Part shown: piece after piece, positions 35,771 through 50,199 of the stretch
Position numbering within the stretch: position 1 is the stretch's first letter
How the letters are laid out: every line of letters starts with the position of its first letter
Origin: Octopus vulgaris
Taxonomy: Eukaryota
NCBI GenBank assembly: GCA_951406725.2
Contig: OX597833.1
Location: forward strand, 45,260,001-45,324,000
DNA: 64,000 nt
Direction of reading: 5' to 3'
Translations under genes and position numbers: made by a program
Notes under the pieces: generated by a model
Databases searched by the model: none
The model's input: only the letters and a program-made list of their open reading frames with translations
Told to the model about the DNA's origin: nothing

Positions 35771-37482
35771 ATATATATATATTTATTTATACACATATGC
35801 ATAAGCACATGTACACACACATGTATACACACACGTTTATACATGAGTATAAATTTTGTTTCACTTTTACTTTATTTTATTCCATGAACATAAACTTTAT
35901 TTGACTTTTACTTTCTTTTGTTTATTATATTACTTTATCCTTATATAACTCATCATTCATGATTATTATTATTATTATTGAATTGAAATAAAAGGAATAA
36001 TCTTAACGCATTCGTACACACACACATATATATACACACATAATAAACATGTCTATATATTCTGTGTATTCCGAACGTATCCTAATGTAATCTTTATTGT
36101 CCTTTGTACACCCTGATGATTTTCCATACAAGGTAGTTATAATGCAAAATTATGTATTTATATATGTTTTGTAATTTTAACTTTGTAGGTGAATATGTTG
36201 ATTAATTAATAAATTAATTTGTATCCATTAGATCTCTCTGTTTTCTAACTCGATGATAATGTTGGATATTTTACAATATTTTATATATTCATTGAAGAAA
36301 TATCTCTTCAAAATATAATATATTAAACCGTGCAGGTGGCACGTAAAAAGCACCCACTACACTCTCGGAGTGGTTGGCATTAGGAAGGGCATCCAGCTGT
36401 AGAAAATCTGCCAGATCAAGTCTGGGGCCTGGTGCAGCCATTTGGTTGCCAGCCCTCAGTCAAAACCGTCCAACCCATGCTAGCATGGAAAACGGACATT
36501 AAATGATGATGATGATGATGATAAGCCAGTGTATCTTGGAAGAAATATCCCTATAAGAGGTTTAAATATCCTCATTGTGTCTATATTGTTGTTGTGACCC
36601 CCGTTTCAGTCATGAATGACCATGGGATTGCACCTAGAAAGTTACCCTCCAAGGCACAAGTCTGGGCAAGGTTGTTTATAGAAGACCAGCAGTCACCCAT
36701 ACATACCAGCCTCCCCTCTCCACACCACCGATGTTATCCAAGGGAAAGGCAAAGGCTGATACAGCTTGGCACCAGTGACGTCGCAGCTCATTTATTAACG
36801 TGCAAGTGGCTGAGCACTCCACAGACATGTGTACCCTTAACGTAGTTCTCGGGGAGATTCAGCGCGACAAGGCTGGCCCTTTGAAATATAGATACAACAG
36901 AAACAGGAAGAAAGAGTGAGAGAAAGTTGTGGTGAAAGGGTACAGCAGGGTTCACACCCGCCCCATTCCTGCTGGAGCCTCGTGGAGCTTTAGGCGTTTT
37001 CGCTCAATAAACACTCACAATGCCTGGTCTGGGAATTGAAACTGCGATCCTACGACCGCGAGTCCGCTGCCCTAACCACTGGGCCATTGCGTCTCCACTG
37101 TGTCTATATATATATATATATATAAACAGGCCTTTTACAATACCCTTAAGGCCAAGAACTTTTCAGCTCCCACTTGTGTATGTATGTATGTATGTATATA
37201 TATGAGTTGGCAGAATTGTTAGCATGCTTGACAAAATGCTTAGCAGCATTTCTTCTGTTTTTTTGTTTTGTGTTTCAAATACTGCCAAAGTTAACTTAGC
37301 CGTTCATTCTTTCAAGGTCCATAAAATAAGTACCAGTTGAATGAACACTTGGGGTCAATGTGTTTAACATCTTTCTCTAAAAAATTGCCAACCTTGTACC
37401 AAAATTTGAAACCATTATATTATATTATATTATATTATATTATATTATATCGTAATATATTTTAAATCGCATTTTAATTTAG

Positions 37483-37953
37483 GCTCAAAACTAATTAAAT
37501 CTTCAAATCAGCTACCCCTTCTTCAAAGAAAGTCAAAGAAAAATATCACAAGCAGAAAACTTCAATCTCCAACTTGGGAAACAGATGGTTCCAATGATCA
37601 GCTTGTAGACTACAACACTTCAAACATTCTTAGACAGTCTTGCAGCGAATCACACGACCCAGTTACAATTAAGGCTGGTGACGAATTTAATGGACCACCG
37701 TCTCCTCGTGTGTCAAGACTAAGAAACAAGCGAACACAGCCACCGCCATCAAGAACAACCAAAACAGAAACAACAACAGCAAAAACTACTACTACAACAA
37801 AAAAACCAACAGCAAGAACTAAATCAACAACATCACCACTGAAAAGTGTTTTTCAGAAAAAGACACCAGTAAGATTTTCACGACACCATAGTTCCCCTCC
37901 TATGCCAACGTCGAACAGGAAATTGCAAACTAACAAACAAAATACCAAAATGA
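37483..37953 (+). CDS. CCDC66: CCDC66-like exon 12: SKLIKSSNQ...basic S/T/K-rich...KQNTKM
   Basis: ttttaatttag|GC...ATGA|gtaaga; 471 nt open, phase 1-1. Confidence 0.75.
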
Positions 37954-38359
37954 GTAAGATTTTGGCACTAAATTTTCTAACTATTTTTGTATGTCTTTTA
38001 CACTTTGCTACTTTATTTTTTTTTTTTTTTTTTTTTTTACATTTCTTGCAGTTTTTATCCTAAATTGTTTATGTCTTTATCTTAAATTGTGCAAAGCTAT
38101 CTTTGGTTATTTAATTTGTTTGTTTACTTTTTGTTTATTTAAAAAAAAATTTTTTGTGATAGAAGGGATTTATTTTCTTTTTGTTTTTATTGGAAAAAAT
38201 TTATTCTTACATGTGGGAAATTTGACTGGTGACTGTTGGTGCTGCCACCTACAGTTGCTTTTGGAGTAGAGAGAGAGAGAGAGAGACAGAGAGAGAGAAT
38301 TTACTAAGAAATAAAAAAAGAGGGTGAACCTTCTCTTTAAGGGGAGAGAACTGCTTCAG

Positions 38360-38376
38360 GGTTTATAATAATAATA

Positions 38377-38429
<53 letters not shown>

Positions 38430-38446
38430 TCATAATTATTATTATA

Positions 38447-38480
<34 letters not shown>

Positions 38481-38499
38481 TATTATTATGATAATAACA

Positions 38500-38532
<33 letters not shown>

Positions 38533-38561
38533 TATTATTATTATTATTATCATTATTATTA

Positions 38562-38603
<42 letters not shown>
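38360..38603. repeat. (AAT)n/(ATT)n compound microsatellite
   Basis: Direct reading. Confidence 0.95.
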
Positions 38604-38604
<1 letters not shown>

Positions 38605-39044
38605 GTGAGGTCTCTTTCTTCTGCAGATATATTCAGTTGGCAATTTAAAACAACTGCAGAATTCTTTAATTCCTTTTGACATCTTCAATTCTTACATCCG
38701 TTTTTGCCGTTGCTATGTCAGCATGGGTTGGATTGGTTTGCATGTTTACACGTCTACATTCTCTTTGCGACCCCACCCTGTCGGTAGATAAATAGATAAA
38801 TAAATAAGTAAATAAATAAGTAAATAAATAATAATAAATGAATAATAAGGATAAATGAATAAATAAACGACAGAACAGATTTCTGTATATGATTGGTTAC
38901 AAAATAGGACAGTTTTCTTTCCCATAAAGTAAGCTTTAACAACATCTTGTACAAAAGAAAATGTACAATCGGTAATGTACCGAAGTTTGGGATTCTAATG
39001 CATTTTGTTATTTTTTTTTTTTAAAGTGTCAACTATTTTATAAG

Positions 39045-39228
39045 AGCATTATCATCATTGCCATCATCATCATCATCATCATCATCATCAGCATCAGCAT
39101 CAGCATCTGTGTCATCATCATCATCGTCATCATCATCATCAGCATCTGTGTCATCATCATCAGCATCAGCATCTGTGTCATCATCATCATCATCATCATC
39201 ATCATCAGCATCTCATCATCATCATCAG

Positions 39229-39272
<44 letters not shown>

Positions 39273-39381
39273 GTAGCAGCAGCAGCATCTGTGTCATCAT
39301 CAACATCAGCATCTGTGTCATCATCATCATCATCAATAAGATCTGTTATTGTCATCATGACTGTTATAAGAGCATCATCAT

Positions 39382-39412
<31 letters not shown>

Positions 39413-39490
39413 ATCTGCGTCATCATCATCATCATCATCATCATCAATAACATCTGCTATTGTCATCATGACTGTTGTTGTCATCATGGC
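39045..39490. repeat. (CAT)n-based compound repeat with recurring CAGCATCTGTGT units
   Basis: Direct reading; explains the poly-D/S/M ORFs. Confidence 0.9.
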
Positions 39491-39703
39491 TGGTATTGTC
39501 ATTTTCTACACTCTCCTCGTTCTGCTCATCCTTACCATTGACTTCATTAGCATCATTTTAACGAAAAATCAGAGGATTGTGTTAACATAGGTCAAAGAGT
39601 TCTGCAGTACATAATCATATTTCCATGGAGCTTTGATCCTGCATTATGTTATGTAGAGGTCCAACAATATCCAAGGGGTCACTTTGACTTGCTTCTCATT
39701 CTA

Positions 39704-40264
39704 TTTGGGTTGTCCAGAAAGTTTGTGTTGATTTTTAAAGGAAAGAAAAAGGTCAATAACTGCTCGCCATTAAATTTTTGATCAACCAAATATGAACCAT
39801 TTTGTTGCACAATGCGTCTCCATCTTTCCTTTAACTTGAAAATACCCTTTTCCCAGAATGGAGGTGGTTTCATGGCAAAGAATTCATCAAGGTATCTTTT
39901 TACGTCATTCAAGGAATTGAAATTTTTACCATTAAGACTATTCTGCAGAGACCTGAATAAGTGGAAATCCGAAGGAACAATATCTGGTGAATATGGAGGG
40001 TGGGGTAACACATCCCAGCCAAGCTGCAGCAATTTTTGTCTGGTTCCCAAAGCATTAAGTGCCGAAAATGAACTTTCTTATCTTCCATTTTAAAGGGTTA
40101 CAGAATTAACACAGGTTATAAGAACATAAACCTTCTTCCACGAAAAGATAGCTTAAACTGTGCTCTAAATGGAGGTGTAGTCAAATCCTATTTTATGGAC
40201 CCAACCATGATCTAAAATAAGTCGAAGCTACTATAAATCGGCATGAACTTTCCGGACAACCCAA
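39704..40264 (-). mobile_element. Internally deleted mariner element with both TIRs
   Basis: TIR TTGGGTTGTCC(A/G)GAAAGTT at both ends, TA flanks; minus-strand GWDVLPHPPYSPDIVPSDFHLFRSLQN...WRRIVQQNGSY is a mariner transposase C-terminus. Confidence 0.9.
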
Positions 40265-40648
40265 TAGTTCTGTCTAGGTAATTTACCTCTGCTTTGTGTG
40301 ACATTTGACCTCCACTCAGAACATTTCTTCAATAACAACTTATGATGTATATCTCAAGCATGTCAGCTTGGCTAAGTTCATCCATTCGTAGATCTTACTT
40401 GTGCTAGATTTTAAATTTAGTTGATGCCAGCAAACAAAACACTTAGCAATTATACACTGCTCCTGCTGCATGCAACACTGAGTTGCACCAACCTGTTGGT
40501 ATCTAACAACAACAAAGTAGAAGAGACTAGAGAAAGTTAAGCACCTTTGGATGATCGTGGGTATAGCACAGTTCAGGTGACAGGATACAAGCAAGCAAGT
40601 TTTCCATAGCTAACTAATAAGTTCTGGCAGATTTGAGCATGAATATCT

Positions 40649-40880
40649 ATTTCTTTACTACCCACAAGGGGCTAAACACAGAGGGGACAAACAAGGACAG
40701 ACAAATGGATTAAGTCGATTACATCGACCCCAGTGCGTAACTGGTACTTAATTTATCGACCCCGAAAGGATGAAAGGCTAAGTTGACCTTGGCGGAATTT
40801 GAACTCAGAACGTAATGGCAGCTGAAATACGGCTACGCATTTCGCCCGGCGTGCTAACGTTTCTGCCAGCTCGCCGCCCA
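40649..40880 (-). mobile_element. SINE B monomer with 13-bp TSD AGCATGAATATCT
   Basis: TSD at 40636-40648 and 40881-40893. Confidence 0.9.
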
Positions 40881-41708
40881 AGCATGAATATCTGAAGGTC
40901 TCTGAAGATTGAAAGACTCTAATCTGTAGTGTATTTAGTTTATTTATTTATTTATTGCCTAAATCCAGCTCTTGTTGAACCCTACCAACTTCTTTCTTAA
41001 GATCTAAGTAGAAGTCAACCTGGGTCTTATATATAAACCTACATGGTAGACATACAAATATGGCAAATTTGATTATTTCTCCATACACAGAAAAAAAAAC
41101 AATGATGAACGGCCTCTAGAACACAATGCACAGTTTATGATATATGTAACTCTTTACTCTTTTACTTGTTTTAGTCATTTGACTGCAGCCATGCTGGAGC
41201 ACCGCCTTTAGTTGAGCAACTCGACCCCGGGACTTATTCATTGTAAGCCCAGTACTTATTCTATTGGTCTCTTTTGCCGAACTGCTAAGTGACGGGGACA
41301 TAAACACACCAGCATTGGTTGTCAAGCAATGCTAGGGGGACAAACACACATATATATATATACATATATACGACGGGCTTATTTCAGTTTCCGTCTACCA
41401 AATCCACTCACAAGGCTTTGGTCGGCCCGAGGCTATAGTAGAAGACACTTGCCCAAGGTGCCACGCAGTGGGACTGAACCTGGAACTATGTGGTTGGTAA
41501 GCAAGCTACTTACCACACAGCCACTCCTGTATATATATATCTACTATACTACCTGTATAGTAGATATATATATATGGCATGAATTAGCATTATTGTTCTA
41601 TGAATTAGCATAAATGTACTAATGAATTAACATGATTGTATTAATATTCTAATTATTTTCTGATATATCTGGTCATCTTCTATATTTTCTACAAACTCAA
41701 TTCCTCAG

Positions 41709-42040
41709 ATTCAAATGTTGAAGCCAATAAATACAATTACAATGATTATAAACGGGTACCACAACAGCCACAACCGTTACTGAAGGCAAAGAAATATTCA
41801 GATAACTCCCCATTGCAGGGACCAGTGAAAGAAGGAGATTTTGTACCTTTCACTCGTACATCAGAAGTATTGGACCCAGCCAGTGCTCTTAGCCCATTGC
41901 CCATATCCCGTGAGCAATCGGCTGTATTGCGTGGTCGAGACAGGTACCGCAAAGGGAACGATCCAGCAAACTGCGGGAGCCCTGCTTCACATTTCACTGA
42001 TAGCTCCAGTGATCTTCTTCAAAGATCTTCAAACATGCAG
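41709..42040 (+). CDS. CCDC66: CCDC66-like exon 13: ...GPVKEGDFVPFTRTSEVLDPA...SSNMQ
   Basis: ttcctcag|AT...CAG|gtaggt; FVPF.RT...LDP motif of the CCDC66 C-terminus. Confidence 0.85.
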
Positions 42041-42351
42041 GTAGGTAGGATACTCATTACTTTTCAGATGTGCATGCGTGTTTCTGTGTGTGTGTGTGCA
42101 CGCGCATGTGTGTGTATGTGTTTGCACGTACATATGTGCATGTGTGTGTATGTATATTTGTGCACGTGTGTGTGTGTGTGTGCATAGCTATTTCCTCCAT
42201 CTCTACTGATTCTGTATTTCACCTATGTGGTCTCTCCTGTAAGAAATACCAGCCAAATCTCTCTTGAATCACACACTTTTACCTTAAAATTAGGAGATAT
42301 TGAATAATGCAATCCTAGGTCCATTTTGGATGATGGGATTGGTTATGGCTG

Positions 42352-42422
<71 letters not shown>

Positions 42423-42957
42423 CAAAACCATTGATGCTTGAAGGGGAAGTATACACCATACTGAGTACAACCTTTTTTCTCTCATTTCAACCTTTCTGCT
42501 TAAACAAACAGGTTCAACATATTCTCGCCTTCAACTTAAAATATTCTGAGATGTATAAAAAATCCATTTTAATTTTTACTGTCAAAAGATTGTATATATA
42601 TACCAAAGACTGTATATATATACATGTAATGTGACAATTTGCGACAACCAATAATTAACGCAACCAAATTTCCAATAATATATTTGTTTTATCCTTTTCT
42701 GCCAATTTTTCCAAATATTCTCATCACACTATTGAACTTCTCTGTTACCAAACACTATATTTATACATGTAATGTGACAATTTTGTATAAAAACATTTTT
42801 GAATTCATAATATCCAATGTGACAATTATGTAAAAAATTTTTTTGAATGCATATTATTCAATGATACTTTTAATGTTACTTTTGACAATCTTTTACCAAA
42901 GAGTGAAACCGGTTAAGTAAATAAACATCGTTTAAATTGCATTTTCAAACCTTTTTT

Positions 42958-42999
<42 letters not shown>

Positions 43000-43712
43000 A
43001 TCAGCAACAATTTAGATTCAAATGAATATGGTACTTAATTTTGTATGGTGTTACCCATAAAAATTATTTTTTGATTTTATATATATATATATATATACCC
43101 ACCCATGCCAATATGGAAGGTGGATGTTAAACAATGATGATGATGTATATGTATGTATGCATGTATGTATATATATCTATATATCTATATCTATATATAT
43201 ATATATCAATCATCATCATCATCATCATTTGATGTCCGCTTTCCATGCTAGCATGGGTTGGACGATTTTGATTGAGGGCTGGCAAACCAGATCGCTGCAC
43301 CAGGCTCCAATCTTGATCTGGCAGAGTTTCTGGATGCTCTTCCTAACGCTGGGATTACCTTAGGTTTCCCGTCCATAAAGGGTTCGGGGTTTTATGGCAT
43401 ATCGTCAGATCTCAAAAACCTGTTGGCCCATGACCTCTTAAAAATATGGAGTGGGGAAATGCCTTAATACTCAAAGATAACAATTGGGGATTATTGGTGA
43501 TCAACCTTCAGCTGTGCCTCCATCTTGTGGGCTCCAAAAAGCTAGCAGGAACCTCCTGAAATGTTAACAGGGCCTGAAAATCTCCTTTCTGAAGTTAAGG
43601 ACATTCCCTGGTTTGGGTAAGTCTTTTAGGATTCTCCCATGTTCAGCTATGCATAACTTGCAACCAAAGGATCAACTATGAAGCTGAAGTACTAGCAAAC
43701 CCTGGCAATACC

Positions 43713-43874
43713 TATTTCTTTACTACCCACAAGGGGCTAAACACAGAGAGGACAAACAAGGACAGACAAACGGATTAAGTCGATTATATCGACCCCCCAG
43801 TGTGTAACTGGTACTTATTTAATCGACCCCGAAAGGATGAAAGGCAAAGTCAACCTCGGCGGAATTTGAACTCG
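43713..43874 (-). mobile_element. 5'-truncated SINE B with a 25-bp TSD
   Basis: AGTACTAGCAAACCCTGGCAATACC at 43688-43712 and 43875-43899. Confidence 0.85.
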
Positions 43875-44067
43875 AGTACTAGCAAACCCTGGCAATACCA
43901 CTAGTAGAAGCAGTAGCAGCTGCATGCATGAGAACAGAACCAGCACTAACAGCACCAGTGACAGCATTGGCAGTTTCCCTGACGGCATTAACAGCAGTAA
44001 CAACAGCCACAACAGCCGCATCGCCATCAGCACCAACATTACCACCAGCATTACTAATAGCTTCCCT

Positions 44068-44405
44068 GCTCACAACATCATAAGCGGAAAGTGTAACCTC
44101 TCGAAAGAGCTGTTCTTCACTCCTGCTCCAGAGCATCGGCTGCGGGGTCACTCCGAAAAGCTCTATCTGCGACGATTTCATCTCAATCGAAGGAGAGGGG
44201 CTTTCTCCGTCCAGGTTGTGGATCCGTGGAATAAGCTGCCGGACGAGATAGTGAAGATGCCGACGACCGCTCGGTTCAAAGTCTCCCTTGACCACAAGTG
44301 GCCTGAACTCTTTGCATGAACACCACCCTGTACATGACTCCATGTCCCCCTGCATGGCCTTGCGTTTTGCTTTTTGAGCCAAGAAATTAACTAACTAACT
44401 AACTA
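44068..44405 (+). mobile_element. CR1-type LINE 3' end
   Basis: HNIISG...RLRGHSEKL...FSVQVVDPWNKLP...FKVSLD...FA*, then UTR and (TAAC)n. Confidence 0.85.
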
Positions 44406-44523
44406 ATGTCCATAGTAGCAGACCTGACAATCCCTATAGCAGCAGCAATAGGTCCAGTGTCACTGCTGCCAGCAATAACGGCAATAATGACTATAATGGA
44501 AGCAATGGCAACAGTAGCAGCAG

Positions 44524-45070
44524 TGGAGGCGCAATGGTCCAGTGGTTAGGGCAGCAGACTCGCGGTCGTAAGAACGCGGTTTCGATTCCCGGACCGGGCA
44601 TTGTGAGTGTTTATTGAGCAAAAACACCTAAGCTCCACGAGGCTCCAGCATGGGGTGGTGGTGAACCTCGCTGTACTCTTTTTCCACAACCTTCTCTCAC
44701 TCTTTCTTCCTACTTCTGCCACAAAGCAGAGGAACCATAGTATAACCCATTATGGTGTGGTAAACTTTCAGACCGTAGTCTAGATTGCGAATCCTCTGTA
44801 CCCTAGGATGGTTCAGCTCTCCACCCATTAAAAGCCACTGTTTACGGAATGAGGATAACAATGTAGCTTTCTCACCCGTGCAACCACCAGTCTATCATGT
44901 GTGGTGGGTGCATCTTCAAGCTGCCACACGTATTCTTAGTAGCTTAGAGTAGGCTCGAATTAGAGATTATACTTTGTGGCTAATGGCGTGAGTCCTGTTT
45001 GGAAGAAGAAGAAGAAGAAGAAGAAGAAGAAGAAGAAGAAGAAGAAGAAGAAGAAGAAGAAGAAGAAGAA
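44524..45070 (+). mobile_element. SINE D with (GAA)n tail, inserted in a (GCA)n tract
   Basis: tRNA-like head at 44524; matches 1210-1687 in reverse; other D heads near 37098(-), 46708(-), 19290(-). Confidence 0.85.
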
Positions 45071-45128
<58 letters not shown>

Positions 45129-45630
45129 CTTGTAGAAACACTAGCGGAACCATGATACCTCTGGCAGCAATGGCAACTTTCCTACCAGTGACGAGGGTGA
45201 CAATAACAACAACGGTGCCTTCACCCTAACAGGCAGTGGCGATACCATTACCAACGCTGCCACCACCTCCAGTAACACCAACACCAGCAGCCCCAGCTCC
45301 AGTAGCAACAATGGCAGTGGCAGCAGCAGCAACAACAACAACAACTCCAGCAGGTACAGCATCAACAACACATGCCCACAGAGATACATTGGATGTCCTG
45401 GGAACTCTTTCAAGCAACGTCTCTCCAACCTCAGGTCCTCCTTCAAAGTTCCAGAAATGAGATACATAGGCGCAGGAGTGGCTGTGTGGTAAGTAGCTTG
45501 CTTACCAACCACATGGTTCTGGGTTCAGTCCCACTGCGTGGCATCTTGGGCAAGTGTCTTCTGCTATAGCCTCGGGCCGAGTAATGCCTTGTGGGTGGAT
45601 TTGGTAGACGGAAACTGAAAGAAGCCTGTC

Positions 45631-45738
<108 letters not shown>

Positions 45739-46951
45739 ATATGTTTGTGTGTCTGTGTTTGTCCCCCTAGCATTGCTTGACAACCTATGCTGGTGTGTTT
45801 ATGTCCCTGTCACTTAGCGGTTCGGCAAAAGAGACCGATAGAATAAGTACTAGGCTTCCAAAGAATAAGTCCCGGGGTCGATTTGCTCGACTAAAGGCGG
45901 TGCTCCAGCATGGCCGCAGTCAAATGACTGAAACAAGTAAAAGAAAGAAAGAAAGAAAGAAACATCACTGGCCAGCCACATCTGGCAACTAAGAGACCAT
46001 GGGATTCCATACTCGATCTCATAGAGAATCCTCGAGAACCCAGGCCCCTACAACAATGGAACAAAGCATTGCAAGTTATGCATAGCTGAATGCACGAGAA
46101 TGTTAAGAGACTCACTTGAACATTTCAGGAGGTCCCTGCTAGCTTTTTGGAGCGCACAAGATGGTGGCACAGCCAGAAGTTGATAGCCAATATCATCCAG
46201 TGTTTTAAATCTGGGTTTTGTCCCCATTAACAGGGGTGGCTGGATCTACTTCGACGCTATAGCAACCGCCCTCACACCATCTCACCATCTTGCCTGGTTT
46301 GGGGCATCCTCCCTTCTCAAGCCAACCCTTCCAATCTCCTCTTCCACCTGTCCCTCCCATGTTTTCCTCTTTCTTCCTCTCTCTCTCTATATATGTATAT
46401 ATATCACGTGATCACGTGACCGACCAGACCATCAGATGTTGTTACACATCGCTGGTCACAATGTGTTTGCATTGTTTTAGCCTTCAAATGACGCCACCCC
46501 GCTGGCTAAGCGAGCAGGCCAACAGAAGAAAGACTGGGAGAAAGAGTGGTGAAAGAGTACAGCAGGGATCATCACCCCCTGCCGGAGCATCGTGGAGCTT
46601 TTGGGTGTTTTCGCTCAATAAACACTCACAACGCCCGGTCTGGGAATCGGAACCGCGATCCTATGACCGCGAGTCCGCTGCCCTAACCACTGGGCCATTG
46701 CACCTCCACATGTATATATATATATATGTATGTATATATATATATGTATATATATATACATATATATATAAAATTAGAAAATGGAGAAACATACTTAAAT
46801 CAATAAAACATCAACTATCAGATGATACCCAATCAATACTTTATTACACCATTACATATCAGTAAAGGCATTATACAAAATATACAGTAAATGTAAATAG
46901 ACAAGGAAATATAAGTATAAAATATAAAATATAATATGTAATTAAATCATA

Positions 46952-47061
46952 TCTGACAGCTGTTTCGGCAGCAAGGGCAGTCATACCTCATTTAACCTAT
47001 AAGCCATAAAGGCAGGTATAAATGAGGCATTAACAAGGATGCCCCACGGCCTCTTCAGAGA
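46952..47061 (-). ncRNA. Type-I hammerhead ribozyme motif (intact core, GUC site)
   Basis: Minus strand: UCU-CUGAAGA-GGC...GCC-GAAAC-AGCU-GUC|AGA; flank 46770-46860 is similar to 55538-55625. Confidence 0.65.
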
Positions 47062-47396
47062 ATTTAATTTGTTATAATTGTGAAAAAATTATTTTTCCAT
47101 ATACATATAAATATAAAAATATAAAAATGTAAAATATAAAAACTTATGCATAAACTTCATAATGCTACACATATATAATATAATACTCATTTGTACAATA
47201 ATGCAAGGTAAACAAAACAAAATAAAACAAAATATATATCAGTGTATATATTAATATTAATAAGTACAGTTATTATACATATTTGGCTAATAGTTTTAAA
47301 AAACTAACACATAGGGAGATGAAAAATAATAATTAAAACCATGGTTCAGTTCATAAAATTATAAAGCTATAAAAGTCAATAAAAATTACTATTAAT

Positions 47397-47430
<34 letters not shown>

Positions 47431-48189
47431 GATACAGTTATGTTTGCACCAAGTCCATCCTTTCAAGATATATATAAAGAGAGAGAGAGGGAGCGAGAGA
47501 AAGAGCACCATGAATAAAAATAGAGAATATTTGAGGATTGCATTATACAAGATCAATGATTGTTTCTATGGTGTAGGCATTTTCAGACGCAGAAAAGGTA
47601 TAAAATGCAAACGGAGCCATATTGGATTGATTGCAAAATTCAATATATCTGAAATTTATGCCAACACAATGTTATCAAGGCAACCTGTAACAGCTTGAAT
47701 TCCAAGTGGAATGAGAGAATAATAAATATTGCATGAAGGAAGACAAGAAGAATGTTAAGTAGAAGTATTATGTGCCAAGAAAAGCCAGTTTAGTATTTAA
47801 ACGGAGCGTGCAAGGGAGTACTCGACTCGAACTTGCAAAGTGGAAATATTTTATTTTTACCTTTATATCTGGGACGTAGGACATCCTGGAAAAATATTTT
47901 AAATGCCCCCCCCCCCCCAAAAAAAAAGTAGAGGTAGGCTGGATTGTAGCCACACTTCTATACAAGAGGGGGGACAAGATACAATTCATTGAAACTTATG
48001 GTCAATGCAAGAATAAAATACATAAATATAGAAAGGCTGCCTCAATGCATTTAATTATCTGGCTCTTTATGCACGGTAAGAATAAAATTTTAAAAAATTT
48101 AGAAAAAGAAAAAGCTCATTAAATTACAGGAAACGTAGTTGTAATCAAGGTGCTATTTACTAGGGAAATATTCAAATAGGACCTTTGGC

Positions 48190-48570
48190 TCAATTCAGAC
48201 ATTTGTGGGAAGCTGCTGGAAACTTTGGTCAAACCCTTCCTGGAGAGGGTTGCTTCTATAAGGCCATGTGTGTGTGTGTGTGTGGCAGCAGGATTAGGCC
48301 TGCTGGCAAAAGTCAGAAGTGGTTGTCAAACAATTTCTATAACTTCCCCAGCCCCAACTTCTGGTCTCCTAATCCCACCCACCACCGTTTGTAATCCCAT
48401 GGATTACTATGGGACATGGTTGAGAAAGACACCCAACTGCTCTACCTGCAACACCAAGGCTAAGATCAAGGAGGTGTTTGAAGATTTTCCCAGGGAGACA
48501 GTGAGGAATGCATATGCCAGGTTCCAGAGCTGTCTTCAGGCCATGGTGGAAAACGAGGCTGAGTAAGCTA
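48190..48570 (+). mobile_element. Degraded Tc1/mariner-superfamily transposase C-terminal fragment
   Basis: Frameshifted FWSPN...CNPMDYY...RETVRNAYARFQSCLQAMVENE, resembling the WPPNSPDLNPLD...RF..RL.AV motif. Confidence 0.6.
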
Positions 48571-49014
48571 TTATCTCCCAGCTATAATCTAGTATTTTTT
48601 GGATTTTTCAAAAATATTTTTCTTTTTGGATGGGGTATTATGTTTTCTTTTCCTTTTAGGCGCAGGAGTGGCTGTGTGGTAAGTAGCTTGCTTACAAACC
48701 ACATGGTTCCGGGTTCAGTCCCACTGCGTGGCACCTTGGGCAAGTGTGTTCTACTATAGTCTCAGGCCAACCAAAGCCTTGTGAGACGGAAATTGAAAAA
48801 AGCCCATCATACATATGAGAGGTACCGCTTATTTTTCCGTGCCGGTGGCTTGTGAAAAGCACCCACTACACTCTCGGAGTGGTTGGCGTTAAGAAGGGCA
48901 TCCAGCTGTAGAAACTATACCAGATCAAGATTGGAGCCTGGTGCAGCCATCTGGCTCGTCAGCCCTCAGTCAAAATCGTCCAACCCATGCTAGCATGGAA
49001 AGCGGACGTTAAAC

Positions 49015-49045
<31 letters not shown>

Positions 49046-49048
<3 letters not shown>

Positions 49049-49089
49049 CCTAACCCTAATCCCTAACCCCTAACCCTAACCCTAACCCT
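49046..49089. repeat. Interstitial (CCCTAA)n telomere-type repeat, about 7 units
   Basis: aaccctaaccctaatccctaacccctaaccctaaccctaaccct. Confidence 0.85.
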
Positions 49090-49776
49090 TCACACTTATA
49101 CACATGTTATGTGTGTGTGTGTGTGTGAGTAAGGTCGATCTTGAGACAATGAGCCTTATGAAGGAGATGACTAAAGACTGAAATAGCTGGCACTTTACTG
49201 TACTCAAGAAGACCTGTCCACCACAGCAGAATTGATATCAGTGCCGATGCTACATAAAAAGCACTGGTGCTGATTCCTCATAAAAAGCACCCAATACACT
49301 CTGTGGAGTGGTTGGTCAAGCCGTCCAACCCAGGCCAGCATGGAAAACAGACGACATTAAATGATAATGTTGATGATGATGTGTGTGTGTGTGTATGTCA
49401 TCCTCTAAAAATATATCTATATATATATGGTGGTGACCCCCTTCGGTCAGACACTGACCATGGGTTTGCACCTAGAGAGTTACCCTCTAAGGCACAAGTC
49501 TGGGCAAGGTTGTTTTATGGAAGACCAGCAGTTACCCATGCATACCGGCCTCCCCTCTCCACGTCACCGATGTTGTCCAAGGGAAAGGCAAGGGCCGATA
49601 CAGCTTGGCACCTGTAACGTCGCAACTCATTTCTACAGCTGAGTGAACTGGAGCAACGTGAAATAAAGTGTCTTGCTCAAGAACACAACACGCAGCCCGG
49701 TCCGGGATTTGAGCTCACAACCTCACAATCGTAAGCTTGACGCTCCAACCACTGAGCCACACACACACATATATGT

Positions 49777-49875
<99 letters not shown>

Positions 49876-50199
49876 GATAGATAGATACATATACACACAT
49901 ACTTATGTATATCTGTATGTATGTATGTATGTATGTATAAATGACAGGGATGATTTATATTGTGTGGAACTTAGAAATGCTTTCAAAATAAATGAACAGC
50001 AATGACAATGCAGAACCAAATTCATTCCTTTGATCTCTGGTGGTGTCAGTGATAGGATTATAGGGGTCTGTTCTATATTTTTAATGGAGCTAATTACTGG
50101 AAAATATATATTACCAGCGCAAGCATTCTTTTTCTTCTTCTCCTCCTCCATTGTCACCATTTCTTCTTCTTCTCCTCCCCCTCCCTTCACGCCCCTACT

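Noticed and set aside
36113-36200. Further hammerhead candidates (CTGATGA at about 36114; also about 42876-42920 and 33625-33655)
   Set aside because: Core or stems are too degenerate to call by eye, so they are not counted among the 12
39679-40050. Functional or domesticated transposase gene
   Set aside because: Only the C-terminal part survives within a 560-bp internally deleted element
44524-44600. tRNA genes at SINE heads (also 24647, 35016, 8530 and others)
   Set aside because: A/B boxes are present but I see no complete cloverleaf, and each continues into a repeated SINE body
45236-45460. Pro/Thr/Ala-rich ORF as an additional CCDC66 exon
   Set aside because: No convincing acceptor/donor pair, it sits in a degraded repeat, and exons 13 and 14 already join in phase
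47444-47780. Penelope GIY-YIG/RT coding remnant near the 46952 hammerhead
   Set aside because: I could not read a recognisable motif in the frames examined; needs tBLASTn/HMM
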